A stretch of 64,000 bases of DNA. Source: Iphione sp. A-MEVVRFRX5 (taxonomy: Eukaryota). Of the stretch, positions 37,786 to 51,199 are shown in pieces. The position numbers were made by a program, and so were the translations under genes. The stretch's first letter is position 1. The number at the start of each line of letters is the position of its first letter. The notes below the pieces were generated by a model. It saw nothing but the letters and a program-made list of their open reading frames with translations, had not been told where the DNA came from and ran no database searches. Location: the NCBI GenBank assembly GCA_976226885.1, contig OZ320318.1, positions 5,332,001 through 5,396,000 on the forward strand, written 5' to 3'.

Positions 37786-40700
37786 TTGAGGGTGAATGGT
37801 GTAGTGAATGGGTGTCACGCCCATACCCTCATAGATACGGGTGCGGCCCGCTCCATGTTGAACTTGGACTTTTGGCTGAGGTCCTGCTCTGAGTCTAGGA
37901 GACTACCGATGTTAGACCGATGCCACACCGACCTTGTCTCTATAACTGGTGACCCTGTTCCGGTGTTGGGACAATTCACTGCGGATATAAATGGGGAGGA
38001 TATTCCAATGATTGTTAGTGCGGACTTACACCACGACATGCTACTCGGCATCGATGCCCTCAGGGCCATGCATGCAGTCATCGATTTAAATGGACCCTCA
38101 GCGCGTATCCAACTAGCTGGGGAGTGGTTCGATGCCGAGCGGTTGGAGGATGACAACCAGGACGCCATCATGGTTGCCGACCCAGTCGCCCAGTGGCAAG
38201 TGGAGTTTCCAACAGTGGTGAGTGATGAGATTAGATTCAATCAGGGCATAGAAATGACGATCGATACCGGGGATACTCCACCAATACGCCAGAGGCCGTA
38301 TCAAATTCCCCTGACTAAACGAAAGGTCGTGGAGAAGGAGGTAGAGAAGATGCTGGAGAAAGGGATAATTCGGCCTTCCTCTTCCCCATGGGCCTCCCCA
38401 GTGACATTGGTGCCTAAGAAGGATGGGACTATCCGGTTTTGTGTGGACTATAGGCGACTGAATGCCGCGACTCGGAAAGACTCACATCCACTGCCACAAA
38501 TACAGGACATTTTCGATACCTTGGCTGGAGCGTCCTATTTTACAACCTTAGACCTCCGCTCGGGCTATTGGCAGCTACCGATGAGTGAGCAGGCAATTCC
38601 AAAGACTGCCTTCATCACCCACAATGGACTGTACGAGTTTGTGCGCATGCCTTTTGGACTCTGTAATGCCCCAGCTGTATTCCAACGTGAGATGCAGCGG
38701 GTTCTTGGTGATGCCATAGGCAGGCATGCTATGGTGTACCTTGATGACATTGTGATCTTCAGCCCAACCGAAAGAGCATGAGTGGCACGTCCGGGATGTG
38801 CTGAAACGGCTCGAACAAGGGGGATTGGTGATCAAGCTCTCCAAATGTACTTTTAACCAGAGGAGTCTACCCCTCCTGGGCTATATCGTCTCTGGGGAAG
38901 GCATTGCGGCTGACCCTGAGAAGACCAGTGCCATCAATGACCTCCGGGCTCCCGCCAACGTAGCTGAACTACGCCGATTCTTGGGAATGGCTGGCTATTA
39001 CCAACAACTCATCCCTTATTACAGCCACCTAGCAGCACCTCTAACCAATCTACTGAAGAAGAAAGAAGCATGGGTGTGGGGTGAGGCCTGCCAGTCTGCG
39101 TTTCAACAACTGAAGGCTGCCCTTGTCTCCAGCCAGGTAATGATGCACCCTCGTGTGGGTGAGCCATACCTTTTGTACACAGATGCCTCCGACTATGCGG
39201 TGGGGAGCATCCTGTGTCAGAAGGACAGCACCGGTGTTGAGCGGCCCATCCAGTATGTATCCAAGACCCTGAAGGGATCGGAGCTGAAGTGGAGTGTGAT
39301 TGAGAAGGAGGCCTACAGCATTGTGCATGCCCTCAAGAAACTGCGGCTGTATCTGTATGGAGCCGAGTTTACCATCTACACGGACCACAAGCCCCTCAAA
39401 GCGTTATTCTTAGGGGAAGTCAAGAACACCAAGGTCCAGCGGTGGGCATCACTTATCGCTGAATATGGAGCCCCAATTCAACACTGGTCTGGGCGGCATA
39501 GCATACGAGCGGACATGCTGTCCCGAATTGCCCAAGTGAGTGAGATCGCCACCGTAGACACCGCGGACTGGGTGGAAGCGGAGTCGGATCCAGCAGACAC
39601 CGTTCCCTGGAGCTGGGATGGACTGAACCGGGAGGAAGTTGCTCGTAAACAACAGGACATGCCTGAATGGCAACTGGCGGATGATGAGGACAGTACCTAT
39701 CAACGCTACAAGGGCCTGTTGTGGAGCGCCTTACAGCTCCCAGGGCAGACCCAGTATCCCAGGTTAGTACTACCACCCGAGTTCCGAGAGCAAATCACCA
39801 GGAAGGCACATGAGGATGTGGGACATCAGGGCCAGACAAAAACATTACATCGGGTACGTGAGCTGTACTACTGGCCGAAACAGCGTGAGACTCTACAGCA
39901 GTGTATCTATCGGTGCCCACACTGCCGCGTGAATGACGCTAGGGTCGTTCGAGCACCCCCTGATGGGATGCCCACAGCCGTCTACCCAGGAGAGATTGTG
40001 GGAATGGACTTAGTGGGGCCCCTGCCTAGGTCTGCAGAGGGTAACAGCCACATCCTCACACTCCTGGACCATGCTACGGGTTGGGCGAAGGCTTACCCAA
40101 TCCCTGCGAAAACTGGCGAGGCTGTTGTGAAGAGTTTGCAACGAGAGTATGTCCCTCGGCATGGAGTACCCAGCGTGATCATCCATGATAACGGGACAGA
40201 GTTTATGAACGCTACCGTGCAGACATATCTCTCCAGCATCGGGGTTGATGCGAGGCGCACTACTGTATACCACCCTCAAACCAATGGGAAGGTGGAGCGC
40301 TTCCACAGGACTCTAAAGGACATATTGAGGAAACGCGTCAACAACCACTCCAGCCAATGGGAGGAACATTTGGGACCGGCCCTCCTAGCTTATCGCCAGT
40401 CGGTCTCTGAGACAACTGGGTACTCTCCCTTCTATCTCTTGTACGGGCATCATGCTCAATATCCAACTCTGAACGTTCCAGAATCATCTACGGAATTGGG
40501 AGGACGATTGGAACGAATGGCAGTTGCGTTACGACATGCCGCAGAAAGCACGCAGCAGGCTAAGGAGCGGTACAGGGATGAGGCAGAGGGGAGGGCGAAT
40601 GCGGACCATCTCCGGGTGGGGGACCGTGTGCTACCCAGGGCGCATGAGCGAGCGCCACAAGACGCAAAATCGGACTTGCCAAAAGAAGTCACGCGTGTCT

Positions 40701-41140
40701 GGGGCAGCGTGATCTGGTGTCGTTCTCTGAACGGCACCGGTGCGGTAAGGTCCTATCATCGCTCCAAGCTGCAGAAGGTGGATTCGGACATAGACTGGTC
40801 TCCCATTAGGCCCCGAGTAACTCGGTACTTTAGGAACCGGCCGTCACGACCATCCCCAGGGTCCCCTCCCCCAGGGCGGCCAGTGATGATGTCAGAACGA
40901 GACCCGGACTTCACCCCAGCTATCCAGGCACCACCAACCGCTCCCATGGGTGGGTCTACACCCGGCGACCCCGCGCCGCTTATGAGGAGCCGGCCAGAGC
41001 GCCCAAGGCCAGTATCCCCCGTACCAGCCAGGCGTTCAGAGCGACTCCGTCGGAAAGCCGAAGGAGAAACCATTGACCCTTCAGCTCCAAGTTGTAAACA
41101 ACAACGATGTGCCGTTGTGCGAGTGACTTCTTCCTTTTAA
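37786..41140 (+). CDS. pol: pol (PR-RT-RNase H-integrase) with a 1-bp lesion near 38770
   Basis: LIDTGA; FCVDYRRLN, LDLRSGYWQ, YLDD; LYTDAS..EKEAY; HHCC; GMDLVGP, HDNG, NGKVERFH. Confidence 0.97.
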
Positions 41141-42873
41141 TCCTTTTTACTGTCCATGTAAGCCTTGTGTATGGAACAACGCCTCTCCCAACATCAACTC
41201 AACTCAGCCAACCTCCAACTACTCCGGCTCCCAAAGGAGATTATACACGCCGCTCCTTTCCGAATGGGGTTGTTCTCCAACAGGTTGATGATGCTTATTT
41301 GATGAAGACCGAGTGGACTATCCTGATACGTGTCGATGCCCCGCGGGAACCTCCTGTTTTGCAATGGCTAATGGCAATGCACGCAACCGTCTCTGCCGGC
41401 AATTGGTTGTCTGAGGTAGATCGCAACCATACTTTACACCAACTTCAACGGTTAGCAAACCACATCCTGCAGCGCTATAGCCATGCAGACGGCCAAGGCA
41501 TCTGGCTTGAAGATGATACTTACCAACCACGGTCGTACCGAGGCCGTCGACTGCAGGGTCTCATCAATTTTGTGGGCGATGTGTTCCGCGTGTTATTTGG
41601 CACCGCTACTGAAGCCGAGGTGGACGCACTTCGGGTTCAGGTAAATCGGGCGGAGGAGCGCCAAGAGGCACTCTACCACAATGAACAACAACTTTTGAGT
41701 GTCGTCGATCTAACTAGACAGTTTGTGGCCGCCAATCGAAAGGACATCCAAAGCTTGGCCGCACATACCAACATGCTGGTCACAAGACTGGGTAATGCAA
41801 TCAATTGAGTCGTTGGCACATCGCTTGGGACAGATAGTATTGGCCCGACAGGTTGAGAGGTGGATCTGCCTGTGCCGGGAGGTACTCGAACGGTATAAGG
41901 AAGAATGGCAACACTATCTGCGGATGAGGCAGGATCTGGAGTGGGGGCACCTGTTCGAAGACACCATACCCCCTAGCCAGCTGCGGAACTTTTTGGATCG
42001 TTTGGCCCGATATGGGAAAGTGCTACCGGAGCACTGGTATTATCAGCATACACCCATTAAGTTAGTTACGGCCGAACCGAGGCGCATGGTGTTCAGGGTT
42101 CGCTTATGGGCAGCGGAACCTGAGGAATACCATGTCTGGAGGCTGAAGACATTCCCTGTGCGCGACGGCGACTTTATGTCCCGCCTCCTCCTTCGGGAGG
42201 TGGTGGCGGTGGATAAGCGGAGGGCTCGACTGTTCATCCCTGAAAGGTGCCGAGGAGGACGACTACGCATCTGCGATGCCGGGACCATCGAGACTCGCGC
42301 CTGTGAATTGGACGTTGTCGGTGAAGCCGCTCCCTCGTGCAACGTTGAGGTGGTTAGGCCAACCGCGGGGCTAGTAATCACTCATTGGACTGGGAATCAG
42401 TGGGTCCTATCATCAGGACACTCAGCCAAAGTACTGTTACACTGTGTGGAGAAACACCCCCAAGACAGTTCACGATATCCGGTTCTGAGATGTGGACTCT
42501 GAGCAATGGATGCACCCTGGAGACGGACAACATGACGACCTATCAGAGCCGTGGGTTCATAACACAAGTTAAACATGTATATGCCCCTCTTGTAATGCCT
42601 AACATTTCTTTGTACCTGCCCCCAGAGGTGCGCATGGCGCTACCTCATAAGCTTCACCTAGCTAGTCGTGTGGTCATTCCCGACGTAGCTATGAAGCTGG
42701 AGGCTCTGCCCCCAATAGCCCCGGCCTGGTATGGTCGTCCTGAGGTCATCTCTCCTATGGGTATTGGACTCTTTGTTCTTATTATATTCTTTTGTGTTTG
42801 TGGTTATTGTTATGTTACTCGCCGATGTTGTTGCGGTTGTGGTAAATGTTTTCTAGGTAAGCGGTCGGGTTAA
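41107..42873 (+). CDS. env: F-protein-like env in three overlapping frames (two frameshifts)
   Basis: Signal peptide; basic cleavage site followed by a fusion-peptide motif (RGRRLQ-GLINFVGDVFRVLFGTAT); heptad region; Cys-rich region; C-terminal TM (IGLFVLIIFFCVCGY). Confidence 0.88.
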
Positions 42874-42975
42874 CCAGGAGCCTCCCCAGGCGTGACGGTA
42901 TCCCAGGCAGTCCAGACCCACAAGACTGCTACGGTACTGTCCCGGAGTTCGCCGAGGGCAACGAGCAGCCGGGCA

Positions 42976-43400
42976 TCATCTCTTGAACGGCCGTTGCCGC
43001 GACCTCCACCGCTCCCGAACAAAAAAGGGACTGGCTCTGGTACACCGCCGGAGAACATCTTTGAAATGATCAACATGCAAGATATTAGTCGCTAGTATAA
43101 CGCTATTTTGGTGGATGGTCTGCATGCGGCGCTTTCGTTTAAGTGTAAAATACAAGTTTGTATTTGTTTCTCTTGGTCGCGCAGCGAGTCTGATCTCGTA
43201 AATGGCCTGTACACTCAACTTCTTCTTGGGAGAAATCACCCTCCCATGGTCAGCAAGCGAGTCTGATCTCGTAAATAGGCCTGCCAATCCTCTGATCTCT
43301 TTTTCCTTGACCATCAATTCTTCCATTTGCCTTAGTTCCTTATTTTGAGGTTCAGGGTAGATCCGGACCCCAAAATATTGGCTAGTTGGAGTCGAGGGCT
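42976..43400 (-). CDS. Short antisense ORF between env and the PPT (116 aa from ATG 43326; frame open from about 43400)
   Basis: ORF track plus manual extension; basic; no recognisable motif. Confidence 0.3.
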
Positions 43401-43711
43401 CCTGGACTAATTTTCTGAAGCTTTAGGGGTAGAATACATAACCTTGCTGAAAATGTGTTGTTCATAATCAAGAGTGCTCTTAAGTGCTGTGATTTATGGT
43501 GTTCCTATTAATTCTCCTTGTACGCTGGTGGAGGAATTTTGAATGTCCAAACAGTGAGAGAATCTTCCATATAATCTAAGAAGGATTGCATGAATTAATG
43601 TAAGACATATAGGCATGCCAACTTATGCGATTTAGGGACTATTACTCAGCTTAAGAGGAACAGCGAAAATATCTAAAGCTTTGCAGACAAAGCTCATAAG
43701 GGGGGGAGGAG

Positions 43712-44222
43712 TGTACCGTTGGCAAACCACCGGTTAGTCCTCTAAGGGATCTCCACGCATTCTGAACAATGAGGTCATGTGGTATAGAGAACAGGTTAAT
43801 ATATGCAGGAAGGCCTGGAGTGAGATGGCGTCCAGCCAAGGAGTGACTGGGAGGAGTATGATGAAAGATCCTGGTACAAGACGTCAAAGGAGGAAAAGAC
43901 AATAAAACAAAGAACTTAGTAATGACGTCAAGAAACATCACGAGACGGGATATGTTGCTATTTTGCCGGGAGGCGTGTGTGTGTAATACCGGTTAGAAAG
44001 GAAATGGGATGTTGTCATAGCATCGAGGGGTGAAGGATACACGTAAGCATCTACATACCGAGATGAGTATAAATGTAGCTAAGGAAAAGATAATAAACGT
44101 CTTCTCTTGTCTGAGCTTCAGACCATGCGGTTCCGTGTCCTGCTTTGTCCATAATACTAGAGGGAACTCTACAGCAGTAAATGTGAACGTGCGGCCCGGG
44201 CCCTGTCCAACCGTACGGCACA
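43712..44222 (+). repeat. 3' LTR of the young element
   Basis: 511 bp; follows the PPT. Confidence 0.97.
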
Positions 44223-44230
44223 ATGTGTTA

Positions 44231-46390
44231 CATGTTGCGCTACATTGTAAGCAGAAACAGTATCCACACGGACCCCGATAAGGTAGAAGCTATAAGGAAC
44301 ATGGCCCCTACCCATGATGTGAAGGTTTTGCACTCTTACCTTGACACTATGGGATATTACTGCCAGTGTATCCCCAATTATGCCAAGGAAGCCCATGCTC
44401 TAGTTCAACTCACCAAGAAGCATGCCAGCTTCTATTGGGGGGCAAGAGGAGCAACGATCTTGGGAGAAGCTGCAGGACCTACTTGTGTCAGACCAAGTCA
44501 TGGCATATCCCCAGACCGACAAGCCCTACAAGCTGTACACTGATGCCTGTGACTATGCAGTTGGGGCTATACTGGTCCAAGAGCATGGTGAGGGCATTGA
44601 ACGGCCAGTCCAGTATATGTCCAAGCAGATCTCTGGTGCCAAACTGTGCTAGGCAACGATTGAAAAAGAAGCATGCGCCGTTGTCCATGTGTTTAAAAAA
44701 CTACGCCGATACCTCTAATCCGCTGACTTTACCATCTACATTGACCACAAGCTACTACAATCCCCATTCCAGTTGGAGATAAAAAAAACACCAAGATACA
44801 AAGGTGGGCTGTACTGATAGCGGAATATGGTGCCCCTATTCAGTACTGCAAGGGCCCCAACATCAGAGCTGATATGCTCACCCGGATCCGAACCAAGGGT
44901 GTGGTTTATGGCACCACAACGAGAGTGATCTGTGCGGTAGAGGAAGAGGATGGAGTACCCTGGGAGTTCGACAAGCTGGAAAAAGCAGAAATCCATAAAG
45001 CATTAAGCGAAATGGAGCAATATGCCTGGGGATGAGAGGAAGAAAACATGTCCTCCACGACGGGTTGCTGTACATACTGGAACCTCCACAAGGGCAAGGC
45101 ACCTACCCTCGCCTGGTCCTGCCTCAAAGTGCCCGCTAACGCATCATCCGGCGTGCGCACATGGACATTGGGCACCAAAGAATGAGGAAAACCATGGATC
45201 AAATCCAGGAGGCATATAAATGGCAATGCCAACAAATGGAGGTCTACGAGGTGGTTTCCAAGCATGTGAGGTGGACTGTCAATAAGACCAGACAGGACAA
45301 GCCAATACCGACAGACATGCTTATGGCACAATACCCTTGCCAGCTGGTAGGCATGGACGTGTGAGGGGCTTTCCCTGCCTTACGTTATGGAAACCACTAC
45401 CTCCTGAATTTGCAAGTGATGGGTGGAAGCTTGGCCCTTACTACAAAAGATCACTGCTAATGTCCTGCACAATCTGGAGCCGGAGTACGTTCCCTGGACC
45501 TCCAGAGACAGTCATAATGGACTGTGGGCTCGAGTTAAAGAACCAGCTTGTGTGCGGCTATCTGCAACAGCTTGGGGTTCCACCGAACCTTGAAGGACAT
45601 TATCAGAAAGTTGGTAAATGCACAAGGGAACGAGTGGGAGGACTGCTTTGGCCCTGTCCTGTGGGCACATCGGGTCAACACACCAGTGGTGACAGGATAT
45701 ACACCATACTTCCTCACCTATGGCCGCAAGCCCCTAGTGCCCTTCAACCGACTTCTGACCCCAGTGGAGGGGTCTGAGTCCGAGATCCTGGCAACCCGCC
45801 TGGATGACCTCAGCCTCGCCTTCAAGGAAGCAGCTCGGAGAACAGAAGAGTCGTCACTACAACAGAGACCGTCTAGAAAAGCATGCCAACGCCAACACTG
45901 TTGAGATGGGTGACCATGTTGTAGTGATAGCTCAGGAGAGCTCCCCCCTTGACCCTAAATGGGACCGCGGTTTTGTTGTTATCTGGATCCAAGGTCCAGT
46001 TATCACAGTCCTGGGCTGTGGAAATCAGCGAAAGACCCTTAATAGTGATAAGGTCAAGCTGGTTCCAGCTGACATTTAGCAAGACGACGTCTGCCCATGC
46101 CTGACCAGAGCTCAAAGGGCACCATGGCTGTGCAAATCACCCAACTGGCCACAGCCAATCAGACACAAGAAATGAAGAAGACAGGATGCTGATAATCCAC
46201 CTACACAGGCTACAAAAAGACTATGAGTCACCAGCCAAGATCAAGAGGAGGCTTGAACCCACATTGCGGTCAAAAAGGAGACTAGAAGAACAGGCTTTGT
46301 TCTCAAAGGGCGAACGGAGACTCGGGCCAACACTGAGATCAAAACGAGGTCCCTACGACGGAAGAACAAGAAGCTGCCAAGCAACTATGC
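44231..46390 (+). pseudogene. pol: Degraded Gypsy RT thumb-RNase H-integrase, same clade as the young element
   Basis: YIVS..TDPDKVEAI, LYTDACDYAVGAIL, GMDV, FHRTLKDIIRK, PLDPKWD; many stops and frameshifts. Confidence 0.9.
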
Positions 46391-48460
46391 ATCGCTACAG
46401 TATGTTTGTTTTGTGTGTAACACTGTTCATTGCCTCCACCAAAGCAGATTTATTTTCAGATGATGGAGTACTGATTGAGGAGAAGGAACCAGTGAGGACT
46501 AACACAGAACTGTTAATAATGAATTGTACACATGAAACGGTGTACCGTGTATGTAAAGTGTACAGATATACAATTATAAGGATGGCCTTTGAACAAGACA
46601 TAGTTGAAAGTTTTTCGTTGGCGTACATGACGTCCATAGTTGTGAACATGTTGTTCCTTAGCTTATTAATGAGGTGACGATTAGAATTAACTCTTAGAAG
46701 TCATTAATGAACATTTGATCCTATCCCTGGATGGAACTAACACAATGGGTAGTTAATCATGTAATTTCTGAATGACATCCGTTGAAGGTAACACAACGAG
46801 TTTCGCATACTTTTGATAGCGTGTTTACGTCACCAAGGTGTATACAAGTGAGGAGTTGCGCGTTCCCAGTGGGACTCATTTGTAATCGACTGTGTAACCA
46901 GTGCTGCTCTATGCAATAAAGGCCTGACGAGAAGAACCTACATGTGGTGTTTTTATTGTTACAGGACTGTAGCTGGCTTATGGACTGTCATAGTTCTGAT
47001 TCATTCCCCTAGGAGACCAGATACACGAAGCTGGGCTGCCAAACTGAAGGAAGGAGTAATCCATGCAGGAGATCAAGTGGCTGATAAAAAGTTGTAGTTC
47101 CATCAAGTTGATGTCCTGGACGAGCAACGGGAAGTGCTGCCTCAGTCAGATGTCCACCTATATAACCCTGCCAACCACACAAGGATGGCTACCCCCAATG
47201 GTCACCCCCACCATGCGAAGTGGGGCTTGCTTGACTTTGTGGGGAAGTTGAGTAAGACTTTGTTTAGGACTGCCACTGACGAGGACGTACAGACCCTCCG
47301 CCTTGCTGTCGACCAAACCAGACAAAAAATGACAGCCAGCTATCATGAAAGACAATGGATGCTAACCATCATGAACCAGACCAGAAGGTTCATAGAAGAA
47401 AACAGAATGAACTTGCAAAAGGTTCAACGGGACATGATCCAGTTGCGTAAGGATGCAGAGAAAAATACCAGACAGACCTAGATACTGAGTCAACACTTAA
47501 GGCAGATGGCAATACAGCATGTGGTATATATGAGTATCCACCAAATGGGGATGGCTGTTTGCGACTACCATTTCAAAACTCAGATCTACAATCAACAGAG
47601 ATTACAGCTGCAGGGGGATGGTTGATGGAGGACATACTACCCCCTCCCTATCTCCACCAAGTCCTGACCCAGATCCTTCAGGAGGGACATCACTCCCTTC
47701 TCCATGAGTGGTACTATGAGAATGTACAGGTGACTGTCTTGTGGGAATCCCAAGGGGAGCTCGCCTTTCAGACAGTGATACTGGCACTGACAAAGGACAG
47801 GTACCTGCATTTCACGTTAAAATATTTCGATGTACCTAACAGAACAAACCATCTTCGATGTTTGGTAGGACTAAAGGAAGTGGCCATCGATACCATTTCC
47901 AGAGCGACCTTGGAGCCCGACCATTGTGCTAGGACGAATCCAGCTGTGTGGGCCGACTCAAGTAAGGATTGGGCATTCCTGTGAGTCCTCACTAATTACC
48001 GAGTGCATTATGACAGCCTGCAATGTGGCCATCTCCAATAGACAGAATGAAACAGTGAAACTGTACCCCCATTTAGATAGGGACGATATTGTGATTGTTG
48101 TGGCTTATGTGTCCACTGGAGTGATGCTGCAATGCCCAGAGCAAACTGCACGTCATTGGACTGTAATTGGGCCACAATGACTACAGGTACCAAAAAGTTG
48201 TTTCTTTGAGGCAGGATCATGGAGGATCCATGGTATCAACCGGGGACAAAGTACATTCCATCTACTCATTTGAAGGTAGGCAAAATGGTTCTTATTAGCA
48301 GTAATGACCATTGGTGCCACCACTGGTTTCATAATGAACTATTGGCACAATTTGCCCTAGAATTGAAACTAGATGTAATGAAGCAGGAATTTCAAAGAGT
48401 GAATAAGATGGAAACAACACAGAAGAGAGAATATGAAAATGGCATGAGGTTTTAGGATAT
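46387..48460 (+). pseudogene. env: Degraded F-like env of the older sister element, split by an insertion
   Basis: Signal peptide MHRYSMFVLCVTLF; GLLDFVGKLSKTLFRTATDEDV; WYYENV; follows the env at 41107 closely. Confidence 0.85.
46501..46963. mobile_element. 463-bp insertion (solo-LTR-like) in env
   Basis: Flanked by a GGACT direct repeat; removal restores EKEPVRT|VAGLWTVIVLI; has aataaa and ends tgttaca, but the 5' end is not TG. Confidence 0.7.
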
Positions 48461-49019
48461 GGCAATCATCTGTGCCGAGAAGGAGTGACTACATCAGTGG
48501 CCACAACGTCGTGGGCTGTTAGGGGACTTTTCAGGCACCTGTGATTAGTGTGGAAAAAGGAAAGATGAATTTGATCAAAGACAAAATGGATCATGAAGTT
48601 TACGTACTACTGGGTCCACAAAGCACCACAATCTTGTGTATATTACAAGCTATGTATTGGAAGTCCTAACACACTCATTGATTGGCATAATTTTTGCCGC
48701 GAAGCTTATTCTTAGATCAGTGAGGCAAAAATATGAATACAGATTGGGGCAGAGGGCAAGGAAGTGGAAATCAATGGGTCCAAGTGTGGAAAGGGGAAAT
48801 TTAATAGAGGATGACAAGTGGATGCTGGGTCTTTGGTGGGATCAAGCATGGATCTGATCAAATGTTTCTCAATATAATGGAAGATCACAAGGCTGAAATG
48901 CTGATGCAGATCATTCAGGACTAAATTCACAACACCTGTTGGAAGGAAGACTCTCAACTCAGTGAGTTGGGATATGGGCACATAACTGTGAACCACTCCA
49001 AGGAATTTGTCAACCAAGA

Positions 49020-49420
49020 GAACGGAGCATGTACAAACACCATCAAATCAACTTGATGGGCTGTGAAATTATCACTGCCACACTTGCTAGTTTGTGGAGT
49101 ACATAGTGTGGAGGAAAATGTTGAGCAAAAGTGGTGACTAGTATCTGAAATTCCTGGAGTTTCTCTATTTTGTAAAAGAAACTACCCACATCATTAAGCT
49201 AACATGTATAGCTTTCTTTATTACTTTATATAATATATTTAAAACAGATATGGGTCGATAATTAGTACAACAAGCACGATCTCCACCTTTATGAGATGGG
49301 GTAACAGCTCTTTTCCAATCAATTGGTATTTTATCTCTGTCAAGGATTTTGATAGGAGAACACAATCTTTATGTCCTTGAACATAAACATAGTAACCAAT
49401 TTCAATCCTGTTGGTTTAGA
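49020..49420 (-). pseudogene. LINE RT fragment (CR1/L2-like)
   Basis: IPIDWKRAVTP.HKGGDR...NYRPISVL, followed by a PLLxNIF-like segment. Confidence 0.8.
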
Positions 49421-50183
49421 ATTTGGAGTGTCTGCTATATTTTCAAAATTTTGTCACCAAGTCGGCGTTTGTGACCCAAATATGTCAAAAATTGTTGAAA
49501 ACTGACCTATATACGTCATTATTGTCTAAACTTGTCTAAAACTGACCCATTTATGTCAAAATTTTGGTTTAATATTTTGAAAAACTGGCTTACATACATC
49601 ATTCTTGTCTGAATCTTGTCTTACGAATAATGACTGATGATCACCCACTATCACACAAGCTACCTTTTGGAGACAATATGGAAGTGTCTTTGAAAACACT
49701 TGAAACAGTCAGCAAACTGACAAAGGTGGTCGACCACCTGAAGCCAGGCAGAAAAAGCGCTGTTAAAACCACCATTGTGAAGGACACAGTTGTGGCCATG
49801 GACATTTCCAACCTGAAAACCCACCATAAAACTGACCATAAGGTAAGTTCTGTACACTATTTCTTGACTGTATCTGTAATGCATGTAAATAATAAGTTGT
49901 CTTTCATCTACATGTTCACTTGGAAATCTCTGTACACCTATGGAGACTTTGAATAAAACATTGAAACATGGAAATGCCAGCCTCCAGTCAGAAGATTCCT
50001 CAAGCTGTTAAAGCTAGTTGGTGTTGAGTTCATTAAGGGTGTCATCACCGATTTGGTGACAAGGATGGGATCATGCCATGATGTGACCTGGTAAGGAGTA
50101 CAAAACTTTATGTATCCTTTAATGCTCCAGCTGTCTTCCAGAGACTGTTGCAAGAAGTGCTCCATGAACTCATCTGGTGATGT

Positions 50184-50700
50184 GTGATGGTGTACCTGGA
50201 CGATATAGTGATCTACTCCAAGTCTGACAAAGAGCATGAACAGAACACCCGAGCCATATTAGAACTGTTGGTCAAACCTGGCATCAAGCTGAAACTGATC
50301 AAGTGTATGTTTGACGCCAGAGAAGTGAAGCTGTTAGGGTTATGTAGTGTCACAACACAGGATTCGATCTGACCCAGACAAGGCGACTGCCATCAGCAAC
50401 CTGGACAAGCCTGTCAGTGTGAAGGAGGTACAGAGCTTTTGGCAGAACTTTCCAGCAATTGCCGCGCCTCTCACTGAACTGATGAATAATAAGAAGTGGG
50501 AATCGACTGACAGACAACAATGGTCATTTGATCAGTTGAAGACTGTCTTGACTAGCTCCCATGTCATGACTATCCCTGGCCCCAGTAAGCCTTAAAAATT
50601 ATACGCCAATGGTTGCAACTATGCAATTGGGAGCATTCTAGTACAAGAAGTGGATGGAGTGGAACGAGTAGTACAGTATGTGTCCAACAAGTTGGATGAT
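50184..50700 (+). pseudogene. pol: Gypsy RT/RNase H fragment
   Basis: [27 protein letters not shown]. Confidence 0.85.
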
Positions 50701-51199
50701 TGACAGTAGAAGTGTACCTGCTAGTCATTGGTGCAAGCAACTCCAATGTGGTGAGCAATCCAAGGCCCATAACCAGACATCATGCCTTTGTGCAAGGCCT
50801 CGTGAGCTCATGTGCCTATACCGTCATAATGCTGTCTCAGCCCTTGACATCAGGTATGACTCTGCCCAAGACATCCTGGAGAGGGGAGGCTACATAAGGA
50901 ACATCCCCTCCGATAAGACAGACACTCTCCATTTTCCACCAGAGATAGAGCAGAGCAAGTTACATTGGCTTGGACTTGAATTACCAACGAGGAACTGTCT
51001 CCATAAACGGTCTCCATAAACTGCCACCAGCCAGTGGGTTGTCAGTGTATACCTAAAGGAGTGCTCTGGGAGTTAGTGTACTACCTGTAACTCCCTTGGA
51101 AATAAAGGTTGTAGACTTCACTACATCTCACTTTTATATCACACTACTACTTCAGTTGTGATAGATTGGTGAAGAACCCAGTTTGCAACATGTATATGC

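Larger units (their letters stand above)
34784..44222 (+). mobile_element. Full-length young env-bearing Ty3/Gypsy LTR retrotransposon with an extra ORF
   Basis: Two 511-bp TG...CA LTRs, ATGT TSD (34780-34783, 44223-44226), PPT aagggggggaggag before the 3' LTR, and gag-PR-RT-RH-IN-env order. Confidence 0.97.

Noticed and set aside
35509-42381. Minus-strand ORFs inside ORF0, gag, pol and env
   Set aside because: Expected shadows of GC-rich coding sequence; no motifs.
43651-44223. ORFs duplicated at 34744-35295 and 43651-44223
   Set aside because: They lie inside the two LTR copies; the duplication reflects the LTR, not a gene pair.
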